Assembly: GCA_036785375.1 (NCBI GenBank) | Contig: JAWMAR010000210.1 | Coordinates: 3,224,001-3,288,000, forward strand | Direction: 5' to 3' | Length of the DNA: 64,000 nucleotides | Origin: Leucoraja ocellata | Taxonomy: Eukaryota | Part shown: positions 35,798 through 48,910 of the stretch, in pieces | Numbering within the stretch: the stretch's first letter is position 1 | Layout: each line of letters starts with the position of its first letter | The notes under the pieces: model-generated | What the model was told of the DNA's origin: nothing | What the model saw: the letters and a program-made list of their open reading frames with translations, nothing else | Databases searched by the model: none | Made by a program: the position numbers and the translations under genes

Positions 35798-38700
35798 AGT
35801 AAAGCTCTGCCTCCCTCAATTCGCAACTAGCTGTGAATCCCACATTTATCCTGAGCCTTTTTTAATGTTTAATTTGAACCAATTTATTTCCTCATACAAG
35901 GACATGTTGCTTTGGATGGCTTTTATTTCTTCCTCAAGAAATGTTTGCAGTGTGTACCTAATCAACTTTCTTAAACGTCTCCCATTACTGTTTGACTTGT
36001 CACTCATTCAAAGATAAGCCTATATCATTTAAGTGCCTTCACTTTTGACTCTTGTCTCTTTCCGCAAGCGCTCCACACTTAATGATATTGTGACCATTCG
36101 TGAACAAAGCTGAATGAAGCATACTGGTATGAGGCACTGATTAAATGTGTACATCTTGTATAAAAATGAGTGGATGGACATAAATATAACCCAAAAGGGC
36201 AATATCACTAGTCTATGCATGGCTGATACATACACCACATCAACCATACAGGTGTAATTAATTTGCTCTGACACACTCTGATAGAATCGCTACATACTCA
36301 CCCATGACTGTTTTAGTAGTGCATGCACCCATTACAGTGAAGTTCAGTAGAGCATGGAGCCCAAGGACTCTGGAATTGCTGAAAAATTCTTGCATATCTC
36401 CTTCAATGCAGGGATATGAAGGGAAATATTGGGTAAGCCTTAGAGATGAAGTAAGGGATTGGGAAAGCGGTCATGTGAGATAGATGAGAAGTCTGATCAA
36501 GATGTGGAGGTTTGTCGTTCGGGGGGGGGAGGGGGATAAAGTTTTGCATTAGTAGACATTTGGGGATGAGGTAGGGTTTGAGCAGCAATAGGTGCTCTTG
36601 GAATGATGTGACCTAGTTGTTTAACTCTGGAGGAGATTTGCCCAGGAAATGACATCATGGCTGATATGTAGCTCATGTCATTGATAAATGTGATTCATGA
36701 CCAGTTGTGGCTGGTTGAATTTATGGACTAGTGCAATTCAGTCTGAAATTGGATACAGCTGCAAATTATTTCCCTTCATGTAGCTCTGATTGAAACATTC
36801 TATGTGACAGAATTTTTAGGTCAACGCATCTTGAATTATGAATAAAAATACTGCAAGTAAATGTTTGTCAGGTCGCTCAAAGAAAAGCAAAGATGTAAAA
36901 CAAGAAACACATAATCAGTATCGTGATGCCAAATGATTACACTACTGATTAGTTATTCCCATAATTGTATTCATTACATGGTAAGTAGTCAGGAAGCTCA
37001 TCAGTTTGGGTTCTGTGAAAGGCATGATCTGCATCATTATGGCCACTTAGAAAAAGTCTGGCTTACTGCTCGGGAAAATAATAATGACTAATTTCTCCTT
37101 TGATTGTATAATTATTTTTCAGTTACTAAACAAGTTAATCTAGTATTGTATCACTCATGATTCTGCTTGTAAAACATGTCAGTTTCATTTCTAGGCCAAT
37201 CAATGAGAAAATTTATGTTTTGTTTTAAATGCTTGTAGGCACGTATTGACAATTTTAAAAGCAAGACGCACAGTGAGTAATCCATGAAATGCGAAGAGTT
37301 CCACAATTTGAACATAATGTCAAAGCTGAACATTTCCCTATTTGCTCCTTTGAAAGCAGTTCAATAGAGGTTTCATTGCCGCTGCCATCAGCCACAAAAG
37401 ATCATTTTGATTTTTCTCAACCTGGTGGTGATTTTTGAGCTGTGGCATTTGGTCTTTTTTTGTGGGGAAGGAGCTAATTGACAATCTGAATTACTTCCAA
37501 GGGCATGCACCAGCATTTCATTTTAGTCATACACGAGCAGATACTGATGTTTAGATAGGACTACATGAAGATACAAGTGCTGTTTGGTAAATGCTAGTTT
37601 TGTACAGATTTTCCGACTGGAGCTGCTGCACACATACACAGCACTGTGCAACGCTTCTGGGCTAAGCTGCAGTTATCTTTGTCTGCTTACAGAGGGCTTG
37701 TAACCTTGCCCCAAGTTCCGTTCTCTGTGATCACTGTCTCAAACCGAACCTGATACCTCAGAGCATTGCTGCCTTCTTTAATTCACACCTGAGCTTAGCT
37801 CTTCACAATGAAGGCGGTTTTGCTGGATATAGACAGTGTCTTCAATTCCTTAGACCTTTTAGTCTCCGTAGAGTAAGAACCTATGAACTTAAGGAAAAAA
37901 ATTGGGCTCGCTCAGATGTGCCAGAGGTAGCATCTTGCTGGTCAAATATTCTTCACCCACCCCCCCCTCATATCTCTGAGGCTCAGAATTGGCCCTGAGT
38001 AAAGACTTATCACCAGGCTAGCGCTTATGTGCTGAAATATTCCAAATTCTGTACTAAATGCCCAGGATCATTACCAGTGCGTACAAAAATACCACTTCTG
38101 CAACACAGAAAACTTAATATCTGTGCCTGGAATAAGGTAGCATCTGCTTTTATACAGTATCACAGTTATTGTGTTAACTTAAACAGTAGGTATTTCAGCT
38201 ATATGCATCTTTTAAATGTAGCCAAAAAGAAATACACAAAAGAAAATGTTTCACATTAGTAAGTTGAAATACTGGTATTGCTTTACTTTTGAAATATGAA
38301 TATGAAGGAAAAATGTATAGTTCTCTGTGGGTCTGAGAGCAGACCAAACTCTCGGATAAGAATCAATAAGGCTTGGAAGATATCTGAGGATGTAGCTGCT
38401 TAGTAGTTATACCATTGAGTAACTAACTTCAAATGTTCCCATCATGAATTGTCAAAATGCAATTTATGCATTTCAAAGTAACATCGCAACTCCCCACCGA
38501 ATACAAAGAATACAAAAACACAGGGTTTTGACTCAAAGAGTTGCAATTAAATAAATGCATGTCTTTGCACCCTGTTAATTCGTTAGATCCAGACAGCCTT
38601 CCTTTGTTTACTGTTCACTTAGAATTTCCCATTAGTGATTAAAATCAGCTATGCCGAGTGGCAAGCTAACCTTGACATATCTCTTGTGATAAAAATATTT

Positions 38701-39849
38701 TTTCCATATTAATGCCAGCGATTTCTATTCTAGTCTCATCTTTTAATGGCCATATCTCAATGTTATTTTTTTGTAAAAGTGGCTGTTGTGAATAAACTTA
38801 TTTTAGGATGCAAACTGTTAAGTAGGAAGCAGCAACATATTCCAGCAAATTGAAAATGGACGGATTTCAACTATATTCCTTTCTCAAAAGCTCAAGTACA
38901 TTCTGTACACAACTACTTTGATGCTTCTTGCAGCAAATCAAACCTGAAGAAGGGTTTCGACCCGAAACATTGCCTATTTCCTTCGCTCCATAGATGCTGC
39001 CTCACCCGCTGAGTTTCTCCAGCATTGTTGTCTACCATTGTAAAATGCATGCGTTTTTTATCTTTTTAGCAAAAACCTGTGGGTGGTCTAAAATGAGAAC
39101 TTCTAACAAATGCTGACAAAATACAAGGCTTCCCACATCTGCCAGTATTTTTCCATTTAACCTGTTTCATTTCTTCATTCATTGTTCATTTTCCTGAAGG
39201 GGGCCAGAGGGAATCATCATATGGGCCAAACGTGATGTTGCATACCACAGTTTAGAGTGTTTAAACACATCCAGGTAGATGGGAAAGGTGGGGAGCATGA
39301 ATGAGCTGTTGACGAATACTGATGCAGAAGGACATATGAAGAATGCCACTGGAGAATAATGTGAAATTATATTTTTGTTTAGCAACATTTAAAAAAGTGT
39401 ATGTGGGAGAAGATGTTGGAGGAGAATGGAATGATTCTCCAATCTAATAGAATGGGACAAAGGCCAGTTCATTTCTTTAACTGGAGGTTTTCAGATTTTT
39501 GACAATTTAACCTTGTTGCAGTTGCTACAGCAGAAACGGTGCTGCATTAAGATTTAGCAGAGCCAGGGACAAACGGAGAATAGGAGCGTGCAGTAGGCAG
39601 GGCGGGCAGGTTCTGAGCCTTCAGTGTAAACTGTCGCTTGGGAAATGTTTCGGTTCAGGCTTGGGTTTATTATTGCCAGTGTACAGTGTAAAGCTTTGTT
39701 TTGCATGCTATCTAACCAGATCAGATGATCCATTTTCTACAGAGGTGCTGTCTGACTTGCTGAGTTACTCCATTACTTTGTGTCTATCTTCAGACAATAC
39801 AATATATAAAAGCAATCAAGTCAAACTCGAGTACGATGGACTATAAAGG

Positions 39850-41100
39850 AGACTGTACAGTGTACAGAATATAGGTTTCAGCATTGAAGCACATCAGTTT
39901 CATAGACAAAGTCCAATGTCCAGAATGGGGTAGAGATGAATCGGTCTTGATGGAAAGACTATTCAGAAGCCTGATAACAGAGGGGGGAAAAGCTGTTCCT
40001 GAGTTTGGTGGTACTTGCTTTAAAACCTCAGTACCTTCTGCCAGACAGGGGCAGGGAGAAAAAAGAATGACCGGGGTGGGACGTCTTTGAATATGTTTCT
40101 GGTTTTCTAAGGAAGAGTGGTGTTCTGATGGTGGTCAATAGAGGTTAAGATTATGAGGGGTAGATACACACAGTCTATTAGCCAGAGTATGGGAACCAAG
40201 AACCAGATGACATAAGTTTAAAGTGAGCGGGGAAAGACTTAATAAGTGTCTGAAGGGCAACCTATTCACACAGAAGGTGGTGGGTTAATGGAATGAGCTG
40301 CCAGAGGAGTTAGATGAGGCAGATATTGTAACAACATTTGAAAGACATTTGAACAGGTACATGATTATAAAAGGTTTAGAGGGATATGGGCCATACGCAG
40401 GCGGTGGTGTAGATGGGGTATTTTGGGCCGAAGCTCCTGTTTCCATGCTGTATGGCTCTATACAGTATATCTGGTCTGTGTGATGTACTGGGCTATGTCT
40501 ACAATTCTTTGCAACTTCTTGCAGTCTTGGGCATAGCTGTCCCCTAATCAAGCTGTGATGCAACCCAGCAGTATGCTTGCCATGGTGCATCTGTAGATGT
40601 TTGTAAGAGTCATTGGAGACATGCTGAATTTCCTCAGTCTCAGGAAGACCTGGCTGTCGCATCAATGTGCTTGGTCCATGACAGATTATTGGTAACGCCA
40701 AGGAACCATTGTCACTTTGGCACCAATGTTGCTGATTGGGGCATGTACTCTCTACCATGCTTCCTGAAGTTGATAAATAGCTCCTTTATCGTGCTGACAT
40801 TGAAGATGAGATTATTTTCCTGTCACCATATTGCTAAATTGTCCATGTCCTCCCCACTTGGTGTCATCTGCAAAATGATAGATGTAGTTAGAGCTGAATT
40901 TGTCTATATGATCGTAAGTATACATGGAGTATAGTAGGGGATGGAGAACGCATCCTTGCGGGGCACTGGTGTTCAGAATTATTGGGGAAGAGGTGCCGCC
41001 ACCTATACTCACTGGTTGTGGGCTATGGGTCAAAAAGTTGAGGATCCAATGGCAGATTCCAAGCTCCAGGAGTTTGGGATTATGGTATTGAATGCGCGGC
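39850..41100 (-). mobile_element. Old Rex1/Babar-type LINE fragments interrupted by a CR1 3' end (+, ~40140-40460)
   Basis: Minus-strand peptide ICHWILNFLT..ILNTSAPQGCVLHPLLYSMYTYD..FADDT. Confidence 0.72.
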
Positions 41101-41244
41101 ATGAGACTGGGGGAGAGAGGTGGGAACATAATACATGATCTACCCGTTATCTATTTTTAAAGGTTTGGTCATTTTTCATTTCGAAAGTTGCCATGTTCCC
41201 AGAGGCCCTGCGTGTTAATCCATCCCTGGATGGACGTTGACTAA

Positions 41245-41589
41245 AGGGCCTGTCCCACTGTACGAGGTAATTCAAGAGCTCTCCCGAGTTAAAAATCAAA
41301 ATCAAACTCGTGGTAAGCACGTAGCATGTACGTAGTGGGTACGTCGGAGCTCGGGACGTCTCTTAGCGGCTCGTAACGCTAACAGCAGGTACTCGGGAAA
41401 CGCGGTAAGCTCGGGAAGACTCGTGAAGATTTTTCAACATGTTCAACATGAAAAAAAATATCACCATGTTGAAAAATGTCCACGAGAGCCCCGAATACCT
41501 ACGAGCGGCTATTACCGTATTTCTCCGAGTTCGAATCGGGGGAAACTCGGGAGAACTCTTGAATTTGCTCGTACAGTGGGGCAGGCCCT
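41245..41589. mobile_element. PIF/Harbinger-type MITE (third family)
   Basis: TIR AGGGCCTGTCCCACTGTACGAG..ATTCAAGAG / CTCTTGAAT..CTCGTACAGTGGGGCAGGCCCT, flanked by TAA and TTA; internal palindromic segments. Confidence 0.85.
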
Positions 41590-42839
41590 TTAGAGTTTAA
41601 GATAAAAAACGGTGATGAAATTGTTGCCCTCAACAACTCATTCCAGAACCTGAAGGGAAATGAAGTTAAAAGGTGGAATTATGGAGATAACAGTATTGAG
41701 ATGGTTTTTGAGATGGTTGCTGATGGCAGTCTTCAAAAGGTGTGCCCCTTGCTAGAGGCAAAGTCTGTGATGATGGAAAATGTGACTGTTATCAAGAGAG
41801 TGCATTGAGTACTGTCAGAGCAGTAGGGGAAAATAAATAATAATCAGTCTGACTGTCTCCCTGATTAAAGTTTATCTCTGTATGCTTCGTTTTCACCTTC
41901 TCCTAACCAATGATCTATTCTGCATTTTCCTTGAACACTCATCTCCTTAGATGTCTCGTTGCCACACCTTACCCTTCCTTGTCTCTGTGTCTCGCTCTTC
42001 CCAGACTGTCTGAAGAAGGGTCTCAACCCGGAACGTCACTCATTCCTTCTATCTGCCTGTCCCGCTGAGTAACTTCTGCATTTTGTGTTTAATCACGAAT
42101 ATATACATACATTGTGCATTATCCATAAAAGTTACAGCAGGATAGTTAAATAATAATTGGTGGCTGTTTAAAATTTACATTGAATGGCCACTCATAGACA
42201 GTTGCAGTGATGTGGACCACCCACTGCTGCTGCAAAATTAACTGGGATGTATTGAAATGAAGAGCTTGTACAAGGCAGACATTTAATGTAGCATTTCCAA
42301 CCATTTCAATTAAATGTCAAAATTACCTCAATTACTTTCTTTTTTGGGGGAAAAGCAATCAATTTCTTTGTGCAGCTGCACTGAATGAGTGAAAATTTGT
42401 ATGAAAAGTTATGTCATGTATTTATGTGGGCTTATAAAAATCTACACATTCTGCATGCATTTTCATCTTTTCTGCACAAAGTCATGCAACAATAAAAACA
42501 GAAAATGCTGGAAATGCTCAGCTATGGAAAGAGACTGACTTGATTCAAGGCCATCAATCTGAATCATTAACCACACTTTTGTGTCTGACCTGAGCATGTC
42601 CAACATTTTCAGATTTCCAGCACCGACACTTTTTTTTGTTGGAACGGTTGAGTGGTATTTTCCAGGACAAACAGCTGGAGTAACTTGTGGTCGAATACAC
42701 AGACATGCCATCGGTCCTTTGTAGGGTCAGTAGATTGATATTGCTGTAGATTGTCGAGGCAAGTAACATGGAGAACAGTAAATGGCAACTTAATCTGTGC
42801 ATGTTGACCTCAATGACAGAACCACAAGCTGAGCTTCGT

Positions 42840-43930
42840 TGTTGCATCATCTCTGTTGGATTTGGATAGGCGACAATTGGACGGGACCCTTCTTCAGATT
42901 CAGATTCAATTTTAATTGTCATTGTCAGTGTACAGTACAGAGACAACGAAATGCATTTAGCATCTCCCTGGAAGAGCGACATCAGTTCTTCAGACTGATT
43001 GTAACAGGGGAGAGAAAGTTGGAAGAGAGGTGAGGGTGGGATAAAGCTCGGCAAGTGTTAGGCTGTGTGCCAAGGGGAGAAGAAGCATGAAATGTGATGG
43101 GGGTATAGGTGGAAGGGGATGCGGAAAGAGGCAAAGAGGAGCGAAGAAGTGGGAGAAATGGGCACGCGTTCAGGTGAGGCAGAGGGAAGGAGAGGGAGGA
43201 GACGATTAGTTATGTAAAATTGGAGGATTCAACGTTCCCAAGTTGTAAGTTTCCCAAGCGAAACATAAGGCTATGGTCAGCTGGACTTCCCAGTTGCGAA
43301 CCATTCTGCCCTAGGCCTCCATTGCTGGAATGAGGCCACCCGCAAACTGGAAGAACAGCAACTCATATTTGGCTTGCGTAGCTGACAGCCCAACTGAATT
43401 CTCCAATTTTAGGTAAATAACCACTCCCTCCTCTGTCCTTCCCCTCTTTTTGTGCCCTACCTGAGTCACACTAACTCACCCCACTTTCCTTTTACCCAAT
43501 GTAGACACAAACTGCTGGAGAAACTCAGCGGGTGAGGCAGCATCTATGGAGAGAAGGAATTGGCGACTTTTCGGGTCGAGACCCTTCAGAAGTCTGAAGA
43601 AGGATCTCAACCCGAAACGTCACCAATTCCTCCTCTCCAGAGATGCTGCCTCACCCGCTGAGTTTCTCCAGCATTTTGTGCCTACCTTCGATTTTACCAG
43701 CAACTGCAGTTCTTTCTTAAACCCTTCCACCAATATCTCTTCCTCTCTTCCAGCTTTCTCCACACATCCCTTCACCCCCCCCTCCCTCCCCCCCTCGCCC
43801 AAATGTAGTCAGCCTGAAGTAGGGAACTGAAAAGTTGCCTATCCCTCTCCTCCAGAGATGCTGCCTGACCTGTTGAGTTACTCCAGAACTTTGTCTTTTT
43901 TTTCCCCATAAACCAGCATCTGCAGTTCCC
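42840..43930. mobile_element. Cluster of Penelope fragments: inverted GIY-YIG C-terminal pieces (~43200-43420) and a fold-back element (43502-43690)
   Basis: The + strand at 43285-43415 reads like LPVANH..LHCWNEATRKLEEQQLIF..EFSNFR, homologous to the C-terminus of ORF 13557-15014. The palindrome centre cttcaga-ag-tctgaag is at ~43591. Confidence 0.8.
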
Positions 43931-46900
43931 TGTGGCTGCTCTTTTAATTTGCACGTCACCTTATTGGGTGAGCAAACTGATTCTGTGGAGTGTTTGTTTG
44001 GAGTACTTGTACCGTTTTTCTGGTGAATGTCCTTAAACAGCTTATTAATAATATTAATATTCATCTAATGTGGTATGACAAGGAAAATTGTTGAAGAATT
44101 AAATATTTGAACTATGGAGTCCCTAAAGGTAACAAATAAAGATTGCCCATAGAAAATGTTCAGGAGGCACTAACTATTAAGAATAAAACAATTCAAATCA
44201 TTAGCAAGCAGAAAATGTGCACAGAAATGTGAAGGCATTATACTGTATAATGTTTTACTTGTAAGGAGACACTCTCTTTAGATATTTTCCACATTTAAAG
44301 ATGCTTTAGAGAATTTAAAGAAAACGTTTGGAATTCAAGTTGGGAAACGGAGGTCTGGAAAATGTTTGAGTCGTACTTGTTGGAGTGCTGCTTCGGGCTA
44401 GATTACAGGGTAGATTGTGCATATTAATGGATAAAAAATATATTGTCTACGACTGGTTAAGGTGTCGCAGTTATCTGCCAATCTCACACAGTGCAGTTTT
44501 GCAGTTCCATTGCACTAAAGTACTTCAACTTGATTTAATGTAATGTTTATAATCAAAATAGATTCTCAAACACTTTTGAAAATACAGTGAAAATGTAATG
44601 CTATTAGCACAGTCTAATGTATGCTTCAAAATATATCGGCTAATTTAGACAGTGACTAATACAATTTCAGAGCTTCCACAACTTATTGATTAACTTGCTG
44701 TACATTTATTTGTCCATATTTACCTAACGGAGCTAACTACCGTGCAATTATTAATTTTCCACAATCTCTGAATCTAATTAGAATCTGGTGCATTCAACAC
44801 CAGCATTATAATTAGCTCCACTGAAAGGAACAAAATCACAACTTTAAAGCCCCTGTTATACTTTAATCTTGGTCTGAGGAAAGAAAATTATGCTAGGAAA
44901 CAATTAATTACATCTAAAGAAAATGGGCCTATTAAAGATGTAAGCAGTGGATTTTATTTGCTGTTATTTTGACCAGATGCTACTTTATTTTTAGTTCAAA
45001 GTCTATTCTCAAAGGGTAACCTGTCCTTCCAAGCTTTTCTCCTTTTAAAGTATTCTTTAAAACCTATATTATTACCAATCTTGGAGTCAGATTATTTCCT
45101 TAGGCATCTCGCGATCAATTTCTTGTTTCATAACGTGACTGCATTGTGAGTCGGAGTATTTGTTATGTTAAGGACGCCATGTAAATGGATGATATTGCTG
45201 CAATTTGAATAAACCCTTTGATTTTATAGCTGTCAGATTTGTTAGTATTGATCCTTGAGTATAATCATTTTGTATATGAAATGTTCATTCTGGTCCATTT
45301 ATCATTATCATTTTTTCATCTTGCCAGTCAAACGTAAGTATTTCATGCTGGATCTATATGGGGAATGGAATAGAGTGCATTCGCAACAGGCTGGGCAGAA
45401 TTCATTTCTGCAAATGTTCATTTGTAACTTCCAATTTGAACTGACTCGATTTGTAATTCCAATTTCTGAGAGATGATGAAGAACAGTCTGACATATTAGA
45501 AAGCCCACAAAACTAGAAATATGATATTCCTGTTTACAGTTTGTGGAAAATGTGACATCTCTTTTGGAAGAAAAAAATTGTGGCAAGCATTGGCACATGA
45601 AGGCAAGGTTCTTTATCGTTTGTCAGTATTAATCAGCAAAGTGGTGGGTGGTGAGAAATAGATGTTGTGGGTGCGTGTTTTTGTTTAGATTTTCCTCTTT
45701 ATTCTTGTACCTACACAGTCGCCAAGCACAGGCGTCCCTCATGCATTTTGCACATTATATTATTACTCCTTTATGCTTGCTGCCTTTATCAACCATATGT
45801 GCTCTACTAGCTGACCTTGAGCTTGTTCATGTCTTGAGTTTTCACACACACCCTTTAAATCAAGCACTGAATAGAGCAGAGATGCCTGTTCACCTCACCA
45901 AACTAGTGACACTGGCAAAAGGGATCTCTGATTCACTGGGCTTGTCATTTGGTTTCTGCACAGAGTAGTTATTCTGAAATTATTGCACTCTTGACGATTG
46001 TCAATTTTTGAAAAGCTATCAATTTTAGCATTCATCAGCCGAAAAGTAGGCACCTTGAAGAATAACAAAAGCAGACAGGGAATGGATGAGGGTAAATGGA
46101 TTATGTCAAATATTATCAAACATTAAACAAATATATTTTTTGTATGAAAACAGAACAATGTATACTTCAAAAGATATAATATATAATCCTGGCAGCACCT
46201 AAACTCACTAGATATTCACTAGAACATTGAGTGTATATTTGGAATATTAAAGTGTAGTTAAGCAAAAACATACTTTGTTGTCACTCACTTCTGTTAGACA
46301 TGAGACATTTTAATGAGAAGTATACGGAACACAGATGTTTATCAACTCAGATCAATTGATAACAGAATAAGAATCAATTCAATAGGGAAAATTTATCACC
46401 AGTTTACAATCTAAGAATTACATTTGGTGCAGCGATATAATTGGATTTATTGTTCCTTTGCCTCCTTTGTATTAACTCCTGTCAAATCATAGTGGATTTT
46501 GTTTTAATTTTAACTGTGAATTGAAATAATTTTCATGCACAGGATTGTGTGTTACCTTAAAATCTCATTATATATAACAGTGTTAATAAAAAGTGATGTA
46601 TTAAAGATTAGGTGTGAGATTATAACTCAATTCGATTTAATTACCAGTTGGAGTCGTATAGTTTGCAATGAATTGAAACTGACAACCAAGTTGTTTATGA
46701 GTAGACACTGCAAACAACAAATAGCCAGATGCACTAGCATTGATCATGAGAATTATCTATCCAGTTATTTAATGACATTGGATTAGATCAATTTACTCTG
46801 AATGCACATTTGATAGCGGTTCTACTCAGTATTTTCTGTACCAAGTACATTCTAAAATATGTTTCAAGGTTTCGAGGTCAGTTTATTGTCACATGTACCA

Positions 46901-48347
46901 ATTAAGGTACGGTGAAATTTGAGTTACCATACAGCCATACTAAGTGAAAAGCAACAAGATACACCCCCGCATAAAAATTAACATAAACATCCATCACAGT
47001 GGATTCCACCTTCCTCACTGTGATGGAGGTATGAGAGTCCTATTTCATCATTGTCACATTTTGTGGTCAAGATAAGTTGAAAGCAGCAATTATCATTTTA
47101 ATTGATAACACCAGTTTTCCGATAAACCATAATCTCCTACATTAAGCTATTTCTGATAGAATTTCAAGAGGAATTGCTGATTGTTTTATTTTTAACACCT
47201 TGGTCCACCATAAGATTGCTTCATTTTCAAAGCTACAAAAAGAGATTAGATGAATGAAACAGTTGCCCAATGTTTGGTTTCAGATGTCAACACTTGGTCC
47301 TTTAAAATGTGTCTTCTGAATTCATGGGAATGAATGGTTGAAATTTGGCACTGGGTGTTAATGTTGTGGAATCTGTACTTTATGGACCAGCAGCATTCTC
47401 ATAGACCCGATTCAGACTTCCTGGAGGAATTGCCTTGTTAGCAGATATTAGACTTGATTGTGTGCTGGGCTATTGAAATAGTCAAGAAGTGACTCATTGG
47501 GTAATTCTGAGAACTTACAGTCCTTTATAGACATTCAATTACTGGAATGCACCAATAATTTTTCATAGATAAGTAATTTCTTATTTTATGAACCAAAAAT
47601 GCCATCATCCAGTGGAATTGTAGCTGCACCAGTTACAAATTTAAGCATTTTTAATGGGTTAAGTAGAAGATTATTGAGTAAAACCCATAAATGCAGAATA
47701 ATATCTGATTGTACCTTTAATTACTGTGATTTTTTTTTAGGACAATTAATCTAACTTTTAACGGACTAATGTTATGTACAGAATTAAACAAAAGATGTTA
47801 TCTACCTGACTGTTATTTCATAAAGTCAAATTAATGGCAAAAACTCTCTTAACTGCATGTTATATTTAAAAAAACTATAAAAGACTGCTAATTTCTTTAA
47901 TGTATCCATTTTTTGGATCTAGTGGTCCCTTAATGTGCCAGCATTTTTTGCCCATTCCAAAATGCTTTTCAAAAAGTTGGTGATGAGCCACCTACGTAAA
48001 CTGCTGCAATCCTTATGGTGAAGCTACTTTCTCAGTGATAGAGGAGTTGGAGTTTCATGATTTGCATCCAGTCATGATAAAAGAATGGTGATAATGTGAG
48101 CCTGTGATGTGTTGGAGTTCCCGTGTGCTTGAATTTCCTGCCCTTCCTAGCAGTGGATGTGCTGTCACAGTAGCCCAGGAGAGTAATCAGTCCATTCTGT
48201 AGATGTTACACTGTGGAAGGAATGAATGGTTAGAAGTGGTGGACGGAACGCCAACCAAGAGGACTGTTTTGATCTGGATAGTACAAGCTCCTCGAATATT
48301 ATTTTAAATCCAAACTTGCAGGCAAGTGGGGATTGTTCCATTACATT

Positions 48348-48910
48348 CCTAACTTCTACTCAGTGGCGGTGGAAAGCATCTTGGCCGGAAATATTACTAT
48401 CTGGTTTGGGAATTGCTCTGCCCAGGACAAGAAGGCTCTGCAGAGAGCAGTGCGTTCAGCCGAACGCACTATGGGAACTTCACTTGCCCCCCTGCAGGAA
48501 CTATACATCAGGAGGTGCAACTCCAGAGCCAATAAAATCATGGGGGACCCCTTCCACCCCTGCAACGGACTGTTCCAGCTGCTGCGGTCAGGCAAACGCC
48601 TCCGTTGCCAGGCTGTGAGAACGGAGAGGTTGAGAAGGAGTTTCTTCCCAGAGGCCATTATTACTGTAAACCCCTATCTCACCAGGGACTAACTTTTACT
48701 GTACCACTACTGCTGCTTTTTTTTTTTAATTGCTTTTTTCTTTCCCTTTTTCCTTCCGCCCACAATATTTAATATGTAAAAGAATATGTGATTCTGTTTG
48801 GTTGTTTGTTTGTTTGTCTTTTTGCACAAAGTCCGCGAGCATTGCCACTTTTCATTTCACTGCACATCTCGTATGTGTATGTGACGAATAAACCTGACTT
48901 GACTTGACTT
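48348..48910 (+). mobile_element. Rex1/Babar-type LINE 3' fragment (second family), inserted into an older L2/CR1-like relic (~47915-49300)
   Basis: Peptide NFYSVAVESILAGNITIWFGNCSAQDKKALQRAVRSAE..HPCNGLFQLLRSGKR..RLRRSFFP; tail aataaa(cttga)n. Confidence 0.85.
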
